Assembly: GCF_036321535.1 (NCBI RefSeq)
Contig: NC_087447.1
Location: 49,478,001-49,542,000 of the forward strand
DNA length: 64,000 nucleotides
DNA from: Camelus dromedarius
Taxonomy: Eukaryota
Direction of reading: 5' to 3'
Position numbers and translations under genes: made by a program
Part shown: positions 63,201-64,000 of the stretch, in pieces
Layout: each line of letters opens with the position of its first letter
How positions within the stretch are numbered: position 1 is the stretch's first letter
Notes under the pieces: model-generated
The model's input: the letters and a program-made list of their open reading frames with translations, nothing else
Told to the model about the DNA's origin: nothing
The model's database searches: none

Positions 63201-64000
63201 GAGCTGGAGCCTCCTCTGCTGGGCTCATCAGTGTGAGAATGTGTCTAAGCTGCACTGACCATTTTTGAGGAGCTTAGAGAAATTTCCTTTCTTGCTTAGA
63301 AGGATCACAGATCAAGTATATAAAAACCCAGTTTCTTTGCTCTGGGCTGGAATTAGATCCTATCTGCAAATCGGTGGCCTAATACGTGCCCGGCACCCTA
63401 CTAGGTGTCACACCCACTGGGTGGTTTGATTTGACTTCATACCAGCCTTGAGGTTAGCCTAGGCTGAGCCTCAGACTGGCCATGTCACAAATGAAAGGTT
63501 GCACAGGCATGGGGTAGAGCTAGGACAGAACTCCAGGCACGTCAGGCCTCTGTAAGATGGGGGAGAACAGACTGGGCTTTTTTTTTTCTTAAATGGCTTA
63601 AGTTTATGCTGCTACTCCACTATATCCTTCTCCCTGCCAGCCTCCCCCCACCCTAAACCAACACAAGAAGAGGGAACATCTGTCATGCCTCTGGGTGCCA
63701 GCCGAGCCCAGCTGTTTGCCCACGACCCTGGCCCTGGTGGGGCCAGAAAACCATCTGGGAGCTGCTCAGGAACAAGGGCATTGAGAGGAGCCCTCAGAAC
63801 TCTTGGGAAAAGGATGCTTGGCACAGCCCAGCCCTGTCCCCCATACCCCATCCTGGGCAAGGGTGGCTTTGACCAAGCACCCTGTGTGGCAGGTTGTGGC
63901 CCCCTAGAGTGGGCAGCCCAGGCCCTGCTGAAATAAAGAAGCATCCACACCAGAGATCTGAGTTGCTCCCACTGACACCTCTTGGGAAGTGGAAAGGATG

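Overview
This is mammalian genomic DNA, most likely from a camelid, judged from a tRNA-Ala(AGC)-derived SINE type that resembles my recollection of the camelid Vic-1 family. The window appears to lie within one minus-strand gene, GDPD5 (GDE2), a six-transmembrane glycerophosphodiester phosphodiesterase that cleaves GPI anchors. I reconstructed 14 coding exons by hand, from the ATG at 37108 down to 996. All have GT-AG boundaries and consistent phases, giving 1669 nt (556 codons plus 1 nt) with no in-frame stop. The terminal coding exon (left of position 1) and the main promoter/first exon (presumably right of 64000) are outside the window. Most entries in the ORF track are intronic noise. The most interesting signals are: (1) a frame-preserving 15-nt microexon (3327-3341) with SRRM3/4-type architecture that inserts NYHLIR just after the last TM helix; (2) a 4 x 162-bp tandem array of a tRNA-derived SINE in which the duplication supplies Pol III terminators; (3) a candidate 84-nt 5'UTR exon, with all upstream ATGs of the predicted UTR in the frame of the main CDS; (4) a sense-oriented MER41-like solo LTR lacking its canonical polyA signal; (5) candidate nuclear-receptor and PBX-HOX elements. 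Repeat family names come from recalled consensus sequences, not from a database search.
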